Assembly (NCBI GenBank): GCA_973895155.1
Contig: OZ316894.1
Span: 9,324,234 to 9,388,233 of the forward strand
DNA length: 64,000 bases
Source of the DNA: Marsupella aquatica
Taxonomy: Eukaryota; Plantae; Marchantiophyta
Direction of reading: 5' to 3'
Position 1 is the first letter of the stretch, and each line of letters starts with the position of its first letter. Below are positions 1 through 11,578 of the stretch, piece by piece. The notes beneath the pieces were generated by a model, which was given only the letters and a program-made list of their open reading frames with translations, was not told where the DNA came from and made no database searches. Position numbers and translations under genes: made by a program.

Positions 1-529
1 TCAAGCTCAACAGACGTTAGTAAGTAGGTCAAAACCTAGAACCTCTTGGGTTTGAGTGGCCTTGCCATAAGCCAAAGCCAGAGCCGACAATCTCTGTTTG
101 TCCAAAATAGCCCCTCTATTGGGTACCTCCTGAGCTTCCCCATTTGCTATTCACCATTGGCTGACCACCCTGCCTCTAGGACATGCTCATGCCCAAATAG
201 CTAGCTTGTCCCAAACTTCGGGACCAGTTTAGCCCTGACTCTAGCAACCATCTCTAAGGTTCCAACTCAATTGAGAGTCTAGGGAAAAAATGCACTTGGA
301 CCTCAACACCCATGCTTACTTTGCATTCCCCCCCAATGCAAGCTCCCGTGAGAAACTGAACACGACTTGGCTGTTGTTTTTGTAGGATTTGGCAAGTGGG
401 CAAGATAGCCCCAACAAACCTTGAGAACCAAAGTCATCCCTAGACCTTACTGAGCTCAAGAGGATGTAGTCTTCCTTGAGAGGTTCCAATGCATCCAAGA
501 AGTCCTCCAATGGACCTCCCGTTGAGTAG

Positions 530-1022
530 TTATCATCGTTTCCACATGACATTTCCTCTTAGTAGCGTGACTATCACGCTTCACCACTTGGGCTCGTCGC
601 TAGCTTCCAAGGAGACACCACTCCCCTCACATATGCTTTTGGATACTTGTCACCCCGGACCAACTTTGGTCCCCTATATTTTCCCCTCAACCTGAACTCC
701 AACCGAATTGCATAGGTGCGCAAATAACTTGTTATGCCCATACCTTTCTAGTTAGTCATCATATTTGAAGTGCTTTAGCCCGTTGTGATCAGGCCAACGC
801 GGTGCTCATGCCCGAGACCTCAGATTTCATTGTGAGTGGGGGTCCCAAATGGCTACACCTGAGGTACGCCATATCTCCTATGCCAAGCATCCGTTGTACT
901 TGAAGTGAAGTTCTTTGGCCTTGCGCCCAAGATGAGCTCTCACTCAAGTCTTCGAAACTCAAAATTTTTCTAGGGGTCCGGACAGTCCACCCTAAGCTTG
1001 GCCCTTCCCATGACTTGACCAA
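530..1022. repeat. Dispersed repeat into which the CACTA element inserted; it continues at 18863-19010
   Basis: 530-1022 aligns by eye with the reverse complement of 47369-47890 (e.g. cccaagatgagctctcactcaag vs cccaagatgagctttcactcaag). 18863-19010 aligns with the reverse complement of about 47369-47395 and then 46085-46212. Confidence 0.85.
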
Positions 1023-1480
1023 CACAACTACAATTCTTGAGGGTTTAACGTAATATGAGTTGACGCTAAACACGACGTGAACTTACCCTAAAGCAAAGTC
1101 AATTACAACGACATGAAACTGGGCACGTAAAGAGCCCAGACCCAGACGATCTCATTTACGTCATCCACAACAACGTTTGTTGCCACGTTTTAAGTGACGT
1201 AACATTCTTAACGTAGTTGATTAAGACATTCCAAGGGGAAGAGTTTACTAAGAGAATTCTAGTTGTTTACGTCCTTTAATACGATGTCAGAGTTAATTAC
1301 GTCGTACATAACGTGTTTACACGAGGCCTTATAAACAACATTTAGGTGAGTGTGTGTCGTTGGTCATATGGAACAACGTAATTAACTTAACAACGGCAAA
1401 TGAGACGTTGGATTCTTCCCATAGACGAGGTATACTAAAATTATTTGACTTTTGTGGGGATGTTAATTCCGACGTATGAT
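1023..1480 (+). repeat. Left TIR and ACGT-rich subterminal region of the CACTA element
   Basis: The TIR is followed by more than a dozen ACGT cores (cacgacgtga, tttacgtcat, caacgtttg, tgacgtaac, ttacgtcgtac, gagacgttg). Confidence 0.85.
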
Positions 1481-1999
1481 GTTGCTTAGGGCTCCATGGT
1501 TATGTGGGCAGGTTGTGCGTTTTAGGGGGTAGGGAATACATACAAAATACACAATCAAGTGTTCAAGATCAATACATGCCCATTGTACACAGTTCAATCC
1601 TGGAATGTGGCACCACAACATATGGGTGAGATCAAAATAGAATTGGGAAATTTACAAAATTCAGGAGGAAGTCGTGCAAACAAAACCCTAAACCCTATGA
1701 GCCCCATGCAAAACTGAGGTTCTCTAGTTGATTTTAGATCTATATCAAACAGTGACATCTTGAGGGACCTCAACGCCTGTAAAATGGCAAACTAGGCAAT
1801 CTTGGAGTAGTGATGGTGGGAGAGCCCTTAGAAGGAAGGGGTTCCCACACTTGTGTTCCCCTTCACCCTTTGTGTGGTCCTCACATGTTTTTTTGTTCTC
1901 TTTCCCTTCCCCACCGTAGAAGGGCCACCGTAGAAGGGGCCCTAACACTTTCTTCCTTCCCTTTTTCTCTATTCTCACTTGTGAGGTTTCCATCCATAC

Positions 2000-2022
2000 C
2001 TAAACCCTAAACCCTAAACCCT
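2000..2022 (-). repeat. Short interstitial telomeric repeat (TTTAGGG)x3 / telobox
   Basis: ctaaaccctaaaccctaaaccct. Shorter copies occur near 1683, 12964 and 15844. Confidence 0.75.
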
Positions 2023-4191
2023 TTCCCTCTTGTGCTTGCTTTCAACGTGTGTACGGACCCTGGTTGTACGAACATTAGATTTTCGACCATCTCAAAATCT
2101 GGAGTCTACGGGCTTGTTGGAAAAAGCTCGCCGAGCTGAATCCAACCATGTGTCACATGCCAAAATGGAGCTAAGACGGGGGAGATACAACAGATCGCAT
2201 TTTTTTGAGAATACGAGAGTTTTGAGGCCGTACGGATGTCCGTACGGTAGGAAGTCCCGACTTTGCAAGAGAATGAGGAGGTAGCAGCACATACAGGGAA
2301 ACCGTGATCCATGTTTTTCAAAGCCAGGGTCCCCCTGGTGTTGTACGGACGAAACGGTGAGAGACGATGCCCCTTGAAAACTTAAACGATCATATCTTGG
2401 CCGTTTGACCTTCGTTTTGTGCACCATTTACAAAGCCGTGATCAGGAAGAGGAGGGCTCGTCAGATCTGTTTTCAGAAGTGGATTCTGAGAAAATTTTAG
2501 TTTCGACAATTGTAGGGGCTCCCTCCTTTTACGGCGGACCGGTGGTGGCGATCAGGAGGATTGAGGCTGGTAGGCAGGGTAGATAGATAGGATAGGAGGT
2601 GGTGGACTCAAGTAAGTCCTTGTTTAGTAGAGTGGTAGTTGGCACCGTCGGTCCCGTAGTTAGATTAGGGTTTTTCACAACGTGTGTGTGCCGCACGCTT
2701 TAGGTTAGTTTATCTCTTAGATGTTTTTGACGGCGCCTCTAGGGTTGCCGCCGTTGTTGCCACTCCATGAGGGGTGCTTTGGTGTTTTTTTTCAGTATTT
2801 AGGGGGGAGCCCTGTAGTGAGAAGGGGGGGAACTCAGTCTAGTGTTGGTTTTAGGGAAGTTAGCTCATAGCCAGAAGGGGAAATCGAGCCAGAGTAGTGA
2901 GGAGAGGTGTAGCGCTTGCCCCAATGAGACAGGAGTTGGGCAGGAGGCCGGGTTGTCCTTGCAATGTGTTACCACTTTTTGCCAAAAGATATGGATTTGG
3001 TTTGATTCCTCAAGTTTTGGTGTGGCGTTATTTTTTCCGGCTCACGATTGTGTTCTTTCCCCAAGAAGTGTCTAAGGAATCCTTGCACGGATTGGTCAAC
3101 CATGTGAGTAGGGGGGGGGGGTGGTGACAGCACTCCACCAGCGACCAGCAGAAGTGTGTGTATGGCGTAGTCCATGGGACTTGATCAAAAGCAGAGCGGC
3201 TAGTCGATAAACTTGATCAAAAATTACATTTCCGGGAGCAAAAATAAACATATTCATCCTACATGCAATAGAATCCTAATAGCGTCCCTCCACGTTCCCG
3301 TCATACAATAACAAACAATTTTAGTAGGAGTAAATACGTATTTGTCGTGTAAATCGTTTGATAAGCAGGTGACACTCTCCTTCCCTTGTCTCTTTTTCTC
3401 TCCCTCCCTCTATCTCTCCCTCTCTCCCTCCCTCTATCTCTCCCTCCCTCACCTCTCTCTCTTCCTCCCTCTATCTCTCCCTCCCTCACCTCTCTCTCTC
3501 TCCCTCCCTCTATCTCTCCCTCCCTCGCCTCTCTCTCTGTCAAGAGCCAGTGTGCCTGCACTGCCCTGCTGTCCGCAAGCTAGAGGTGCCTCCTCCTGGG
3601 TACCCTCCTCATCGGGTACAATGTCCACCTGCTCATCCTCTATGATGGGGCGTGCCACTAACCCCTTAGGAGGGGTCCAATCCACCTGCACATGACATAT
3701 TCTATGTATCAATACATGCTGACACAATAGAGCTTATACAACTAGCATTGCCAAGGAATGTTGTTGGATTCCTACTTACAGGGAACTCTTCTGGGGTGGA
3801 ATTCAACTTGGCCCACAATGCCGTAGGGCCATACCGCTTGGAGTACAACCGTTCCTCCTTGCTAGGCTCAGCCTCTCGTCCATACTTGCGCTTCTACAGC
3901 AAAAACTAGTAACGTCGTAAGGGACATTGTAATGTACGCCGCGGAATGGGACATACATTCAATAACGTCGTTTTATGCCACGTAAAGACGAACTACATAG
4001 TTGTAACGTCGATGAGAAGACGTTTCACTAAAAGAATGTCGTTAGGGTGTATGTAAGAAGGAGGCTACGATGTGAGGGACGATGTTACTAGCGGATTTTG
4101 TGACGTAAAATTGGAAAACTCGACGTTTGCAGCAGGATTTCACCGCAAGGCTTTGGTACGCACAAACAGCAAGGAAATCAGGATGGGCACT

Positions 4192-4502
4192 TGTTAGATA
4201 TTGCTCTAGTCTTGTGACTCATGAGCTAACCACAGTTAGTCTAACTTGGGTTAGGACTTAGCTAATGTTAGTGGTAGTGCTGGTGTGCATATAGCTAGGG
4301 CTGATGCCAGACCCTGGTGGAACTTAGGCTCATTGTTACGAAGCTAGTTGAGAGATAGGGAGAGCTTGTGCTGTGGATGCTTGGTATGGCCGGTCGGCCT
4401 AGAGTGCAGTAAAGCTCTTGTGTGTTCCTGTGGACGTAGCCTCATGTGGAGGTGAACCACGTATCTCTCTGTGTCGACTATTGTGCGTTAGATGGTTCAT
4501 GG
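4192..4502 (+). repeat. 5' LTR of the copia element, 3'-truncated, no PBS visible
   Basis: Matches 9636-9946 with about 11 mismatches in 311 bp (counted by eye, mostly transitions). The last ~33 bp present in the 3' LTR are missing. Confidence 0.95.
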
Positions 4503-5774
4503 TTCTCGTCGGCGGCGTTCACTTTTCTTGTTGGAAACGGCACCGGTTAAGTAAGTAATCGGCTTTTTAAAGTTAAGGGCTAATCTTTGGCTTTTGAGGG
4601 GGTTTTAAATGGGTTTTAGTTGTGTATATACATGAGGTGTATACACACCTCGTACCGGCCCCTCATACTCCCCCTTGTACTTGCCGTTTCCCCCTCGCTT
4701 CCCGTTAAACCTAGCGCAGCGGTGAGCTGCGCAGCACCGGCCGGCGCCTCTCGCGCACTCGCCCGCATTTCTCTTGACCTCCCGCTTAACTCAGCGCCCC
4801 AGCCCCTTGTATTCCCTCGCGGTTGCCGATTGGCCCCTCCCGAGCCCCTGTGCACCCGTATACGCGACTGCGTATGTAGCTGTGATCCAGCTGCCGCCTT
4901 CGCCCCCTTGTATTCCCTCCGCGGCCCCGGTTTTAAACGTAGGTGGCTGCGGCTCTACCTGCTTGTGCAACTGTTTTTTTACTCTCGGCCCCCGCCTCAA
5001 TACCCTGTACGCCTCCTAGCCCGTGGATGCACCTTTGTTATACCTGTATTTTTAGTATTTAGGGATTAGCACCCCTTTAGGGCCCCTTTTTATGCCATTT
5101 TTTCCTCTCTTTTGGTTGTCCCTTGTGTTGGGACCTGCCGCCCTCCGTTTTAACCGCTCCAACAAGGGGAACGGTCCCCTATGAGACTTGTCGGACTGTG
5201 CGGGAATATTCCCCAAAAATAGAGAGCTTAGGGTTTAGGGCCGTCCGACAAAGATTCTGTCCGCCAAACGGTAACTTTTTTGGTTCTTTTTTGGCGAGGA
5301 CGTTGCCACTGGAGTTAGCAACGCTGTGCACCAATCACATCGCAATTTTGACGATGGGTTGTACTGGGTATTTTGGTTATTCTCCGAGGTGGTCAAAATG
5401 GGGGAGTTTCGCAAGGTTTTACCCACACCGACCAAAATTTGAATAACTTTTTCGTCGAATTTTGATTTTGATTTTGGCTTTCAATATTGGACTCCTAGCT
5501 TTGTGGGCTATGCGGCGGTGTTGAGTTTTGAGTTTTATGAGAAGTTTCAAAAAAAGACATTTTTTCGTGATTGTTTCATATGAGTGACTCGGAGGATACT
5601 GGAAGAATTGGCGTTGGTGGAGCTTCAGGATCAGGACGATCAGATGGTGAGTCTGAAAAGGAGCTGCTACCATTTGAGGAGGAACTAGTGACACCGGTAT
5701 AATCACCAGTGCGGCGTGCAGTGGAGGAAGTTGTATTACTACTAGAGCTATCGGTAGTAGGGAAGAAGAGGGAG

Positions 5775-8700
5775 ATGGCTAGATTTGGAGGAGTGAAGTT
5801 TGAGGTGGAGAAGTACAATGGTCGTACTGATTACTTGCTATGGGAGAAGCAAGTGAAGGGTGTTCTACGGGCCATGAGCTTAGCTCATCTGCTTTCATCG
5901 CGAGAGCAGTATGATGGAGAGGAGGAGATTTATGTGAGATAATGGAGACAGGAGTAGGTGATTGCTGTCAATGCAATGATGCTATATCTCAAGCCGCACA
6001 TCATCAAGCAGCTGGATGATTATGCAGATTGCGCGTCACTATTCAAGCTTCTAAGAGAGAAGTATTACCGAGAAGATGCGTCAGACCGGTTGTACAAGAA
6101 GTCTCTCTTGATGAGCCTCAGGCTCAAGGAAGGGAGCAAGATGCAGGATTACCTGGATGAGTTTGATAGTCTAGCGGTGGATCTGTCAAACCTGGAAAAA
6201 TGAGTTGAAGATGAGGATAAGGCCTTGCTTCTGCTAAGCTCCTTACCGCCGTCATATCAGGGCTTGAAACAGGTGCTCTTGTACAGAAATCTGAAGTCCA
6301 TTTCGTATAATGAGGTGGTGAGCTCTTTACTGTCTGATGATGCTCAGAAGAAGTTGGGTTAATCACAAACAGCATCTTCTTCTGGCACTGCGCTGAATGT
6401 GAACCGTGGAAGAGCAGCGCAGCGCACGAATGGGCAGAACAGGTTGAGATCTACATCATAGGGGAGATCTAAATCCAGAGGGAAATCGCAAGAGAGGAAG
6501 CCTTTTGCATGTTGGAATTGTGGCAAGCCTGGCCACATGAAAAGGGATTGTCAAGTAAAGGTCCGTACTGCATCTGCTAACGCGGCATCAAGCTCGCATG
6601 AGGTAGATTTACTCGATGATGATGACATATTGTGATGTCAAGGTTATGCTCTCAACGTAGTGTCAAATCCAGGTAGTGATGACTGGATTCTAGATAGTGC
6701 TTGTACTTTTCACATTTGCTCTATGAGAGATTTTTTTAGTTCTTACACGGATTCCAACGGGTTAGTGTTGATGGGAAATGGAATCCCATGTCAAGTTGTT
6801 GGACTTGGATATGTAAGATTTCAGATGTTTGATGGTGTTGTAAGAACGTTGAGGAATGTGAGACATATTCCCAACATGATGAAAAATCTTATTTCACTTG
6901 GAGTGTTAGAAGCAAATGGCCATCAGTGGAGTTCTGCTAATGGTGTCCTTCAGGTTTCAACTGGTACTAAAGTTGTATTGAAGGGAAAGAGACATAACAA
7001 TCTATACGTTTTGGAGGGCAGTGTAGTTTGTGATGAAGCCAATGTAACCTATCTCATGAGGAGACGGCCCGGCTCTGGCACTTTCGTTTGGGCCACATGA
7101 GTGAAAAAGTTTGGTTATTCTTTAGAATAAAGGATTACTTTCTAATTTATAATCTTGTAAGTTGGAATTATGTGAGCACTGTGTGTTAGGGAAGCAACAC
7201 AGGAAACCCTTTGGAGTTGGAACTCACACCAGCAAGGAGATACTTGAGTATATACATAGTGATGTGTGGGGTCCAGCCCCTACTCCCTCACATTCTGGAC
7301 GGTTGTAAGGAGCAGGGGATTACCCACCATCTCACAACAAGTTATACTCCTCAACAGAATGGTGTTTCTGAGAGACTCAACCGAACACTATTGGACCGCT
7401 CGAGGAGTATGTTGAGTCAATCATGTTTACCACATGAGTTTTGGGCTGAAGCTGTCAACACTACAACTTATTTGGTAAATTTTTCTCCATCCAGTTCTAT
7501 TGGATTCAAGACGCCATTTGAAATGAGGTATGGGCGTCCAGCAGATTACTCACATCTGAGGATTTTTGGATGTGATGCTTATGTGCTTACACCTTCCCAG
7601 CTGCGATCCAAGCTGGAGTCCAAGTCGAAGAAGTGCATTTTCCTTGGCTATCAGAAAGGTGTGAAGGGTTATAGGTTATGGGATCCAGTAACCTGTAAGC
7701 TAATTGTCAGTAGAGATGTGTCCTTTAATGAATCCAGATCATCAAAGAAGGGGGAGAGTTCTCAAGACTCCCATACTGACAAGGGAAAATCTCCCATCCC
7801 GGACCGGGTTGAGGGGGAGATTAGTCATGATGCCATTCATGATAGGAGAGATGGAGAAGCTCCGGGCTTGAAGCTGGTTCCTATGATGGAACAAGAGGAG
7901 TAGATTGTTGCTGGGGTACCTCAAATTCAACCAGCAGCAGTAGATCAGCCTGAGTCATCTACTAGAAGAACTTCAAGTTGTTCTACTAGAGCTCCTACCA
8001 GGTATGGTCAATGGGCAGACTCATCTAAGCTAGATGATATTGACATTGCACCTGATGATGATGACATGGCTTTAATCTTGGAAGAAGGAGAGCCGTCTTT
8101 GTATAGTGAGGCTTGTGCTTCAGAGCATAAGCATGAGTGGAATGCAACAATGCAGAGGGAGTTGCAATCTTTGAGTGACAACAAGACATGGGAGCTGGTG
8201 GAGCTTCCAAGAGGTCAGCAAGTGGTGGACAGCAAGTGGATTTACAAGTTGAAGGACAGTCCTTCAGAGGGTGGAGATAAGATCTACAAGGCAAGGCTTG
8301 TTGCCAAGGGGTTCACTAAGGAGAAAGGAGTGGATTACAATGAGGTCTTTTCACCGGTGGCTAAGTATTCCACAATTCGGATCTTGTGTCAGCTTGTTGT
8401 GCTTTTTAATCTGGTGATGGATCAGATGGATGTTGTTATTGCTTTTCTCTATGACAACTTGGAAGAGATGATCTTCATGAGACAGCTGATTGCTCAAGAT
8501 GAGACATGCTGATTGTGGCTAAAGATCAATCTGAGGTTGACAGTCTCAAGGCAAAATTGAGTTCTGAATTTAGGATGAAGGATCTTGGTAAGGCCAAGAG
8601 GATCTTAGGGATGGAGATTTTTAGGAACTCTGAAACTGGATAGTTGTGCTTGAGTCAAGGCCAGTATGCGAGGAAAGTATTTGCACGATTCAACATGGAG

Positions 8701-9439
8701 AACTGTAAGCCAGTGAGTGTTCTTTTAGCTTCACATTTCAAGTTATCATCGGCTTTCTCTCCTACAGATGCTGTGGAGAAAGGTTTGATGGCTAAGATTC
8801 CTTATGAGAAGGCAATAGGCAGTCTGATGTATTTGATGACTTGTAGTAGGCAAGGTTAGCAGATTCATGTCAAATCCAAGGAAGGTACATTGGGAAGCTG
8901 TGAAATGGATTCTCAGGTATGTGAGGGGAACACAAGACTATGGATTACTATTTTATGCCAGATCAGATAGAACGTTAGTTGGCTATGTAGATTCTGACTA
9001 TGGAGGCTGTCTGGATACAAGGAGGTCTACAACTGGGTTTGTATACACTCTTGGAGGAGGATGTATCAATTGGAAATCTACCTTGCAGAAGTGCATATCT
9101 TAGTCTACTACAGAAGCAGAGTATGTTGCAGCAGCAGAAGCAGCCAAAGAAGCAATTTGGTTGGATAAGTTGATCGCGGAGATGGGTTTAGAGCATGACA
9201 AAATGACTATAAACTGTGATAGTCAGAGTGCTCTTCACTTGGCTGCTAACCAGGTGATGGATAGCAGGGTGAAGCACATTGATATCAGGCACCATTTTAT
9301 CAGGCAAGCAGTGTCTGATAAAACTTTTGACCTAGTCAAGATTGATGGAAAGCTCAATCACGCTGATGCCTTTACCAAAGTGATTCCTTTGGAGAGTTTC
9401 TCAAGACACCGTGCTACTTTGTAGGTTTTGCAGTTGTAG
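5775..9439 (+). pseudogene. Copia gag-pol polyprotein pseudogene
   Basis: Gag MARFGGVKFEVEKYNGRTDYLLW, Zn knuckle CWNCGKPGHMKRDC, protease WILDSACTFH, integrase YTPQQNGVSERLNRTL, RT YKARLVAKGF...FSPVAK, RNaseH GYVDSDY...KHIDIRHHF. Many stops and frameshifts, with deletions near 7300 (integrase core) and 8490 (RT YVDD region). Confidence 0.97.
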
Positions 9440-9635
9440 TGCAAGTAGAGTTATTTAGCAATGTGTGACTATTTGTATATGGATTACTCATTCCTGTTAG
9501 GCTACGGCTTAGTTCTAGTTAACCCTTGTGGTTTTTAGGGGGAGACCTGGTTTGGTGATTGTCTAGAACTTCCCGCTGAGGATTCCATATGGTAGCATTT
9601 AGTTTAGTCCCCAAGACAAGAGTCAAGGGGGAGTT

Positions 9636-9979
9636 TGTTAGATATTGCTCTAGTCTTGTGACTCATGAGCTAACCACAGTTTGTCTAACTTGGGTTAGGA
9701 CTTAGCTAATGTTAGCGGTAGTGCTGGTGTGCATATAGCCAGGGCTAATGCTAGACCCTGGTGGAACTTAGGCTCATTGTTACGGAGCTAGTTGAGAGAT
9801 AGGGAGAGCTTGTGCTGTGGATGTTTGGTATGGCCGGTCGGCCGAGAGTGCAGTAAAGCTCTTGTGTGTTCCCGTGGACGTAGCCTCATGTGGAGGTGAA
9901 CCACGTATCTCTCTGTGTCGACTATTATGCGTTGGATGGTTCATGGGCTTGTTGTTACGAATGTCGTCTATGCTCAACA
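9636..9979 (+). repeat. 3' LTR of the copia element (344 bp)
   Basis: TGTTAG...TCAACA, directly after the polypurine tract and followed by the TSD. Confidence 0.97.
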
Positions 9980-11578
9980 GCACTTACATAGGTTGCGAGG
10001 AAGCCTCGCCATCCTCCCTGTCCCTAGAAATTGGTCACTACAAGCCGGCCAGTATGCTTTCGAGCTACTGTTGCTTTGTCCCCCATGCGCACTCGCTTTC
10101 CTATTGCCATGTCTGGGTCTGCCTCCAACTTGCTGACGATCATATTGAAATCAGCCTCAGTCATCCCTTCAGGTTTGTGGTACTCCCCTGTCTGCAAAGA
10201 TTTTGATTTTTGAACCTTGTTTTTCCACCTAAACCTTCTCTCTGCCAAGTGATTTACAATCTTTTGCCTCATGTGACGAAAGTCAATTTCTCTCCCATTG
10301 TGGAACCTAGCCTGCACATCATTAAGGAGTGTCTGCAATTTCTTGGTGTTATGTGACAAATCCTTCCAGGTTGTCCAACCCGGGCTGCAATGTTTTGCAT
10401 AGCAGTCTACACTCGATTGGTGAGTGCCTTCTCATCAAGAACATACGGTTTTGCATCAAAAGCTGCCAAAGTTATGGTCGGGAGCTCCTCTCTATTGCTG
10501 GGTTTAGTTGCAGCTTGCTGGGCAGAATTTGGTGCCTGAGGACAAGACGAATGTGACTATTGAGGTAATTGCCTCCTTCCCCTGTCCGCCTTTGGGTCTA
10601 CATCTACACGTCTACGCTCCTTTCCCTTCTCTTTTCGTCTTCTCCTATCAATGCTACTACTTTTGCTCCTAGAAGGGGATCTATGCTTTCTCTTCCTACA
10701 TTAATCCCGCGCCCCCATCCTCTGGCTCATATCTGTCATGTGGGATCCTGACCTGGCTTTTGATAGGAGTCCCAGAATGAACCTGAGAATCAAGCGCCAT
10801 TCCTAAGAAAGCTAGATCATCCCAACCATCATCTGGTAGCAAAGGGAACAAAGGTAGAGGATTCACTGAAGCCTCACCGAGGTCCCTCGAGCACTCTGCA
10901 GTGGGAATCTGTTCATCCTTGTCCATGGCAAGAGCATTGGCCTTGATATTGCCTAGGTACTCCAAAAATTGGGACTCTTTGCTTCCCACTCCTCCCAAGT
11001 ATCTCCAACTTTGATTGAAAGCGTTGATCAATGGGTGGGTGGAAAGCAAAGCTTGACACACCTTCTCCAACTCCTCTGAATCGTCCATGGCCACCTTGTC
11101 TGCATCAAAGTTCACACTGAAAGGAAGATAGGTTGGTCTAGACATTGGAAGGGCAACTGTCAAACGTAGAGGTCAGAATTGAATGAGAGAAAGAGAGAGG
11201 AGGGGAGTTGGGGTCCAAGATGTTGAATGTGCCTCACATTTGACTATTACCCTGACGTTTTCCTTTGGAAAATGCCGAGCTACACGCAAAACCACAAAGA
11301 ACCCCCGTTCTCCCAATGTAATGTCGTTTTTAACAACGTTCTTTTCATAAACCCTAAATAGTACGTTCTGGGGGATGACGTAAACGTCATAGTACGTCGT
11401 AAAATAGGGGGTTACGCTGTTCTGGGTTTATATAAACGACATTACATTGGGGTTTACGTAGGGTAGGAAAACATGTGGGGTTTATACAACGTATAAAACT
11501 CCATAAGTTTTTAGGGCTTGTTGCCATTATTTGAATGGTACTAATTGGTATCTGGCATGTATGTTGTTGCAGGGCCAT

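Larger units (their letters stand above)
4192..9979 (+). mobile_element. Ty1/copia LTR retrotransposon nested in the CACTA element
   Basis: Begins TG and ends CA. 5-bp TSD GCACT at 4187-4191 and 9980-9984. Two LTRs, polypurine tract caagggggag at 9624-9633, and gag-PR-IN-RT-RNaseH order. Confidence 0.97.
3339..11145 (-). pseudogene. TnpA/Ptta (Transposase_24)-like accessory gene of the CACTA element, interrupted by the copia insertion
   Basis: Exon about 11145-9988, with stops and frameshifts, includes WTTWKDLSHNTKKLQTLLNDVQARF...RFRWKNK...NF*GQGGWRGF, resembling TnpA-like motifs. GTAAGT donor at 9987. Phase-0 exon 3893-3780 (KRKYGREAEPSKEER...), then exon 3685 to about 3339 (acidic, then RE/RG repeat). 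The family assignment is by motif resemblance only. Confidence 0.6.

Noticed and set aside
4616-5446. GC-rich ORFs downstream of the copia 5' LTR as an extra retroelement gene
   Set aside because: Open frames are explained by GC-rich short repeats (ccccttgtattccctc) in the untranslated leader, with no protein-like signal.
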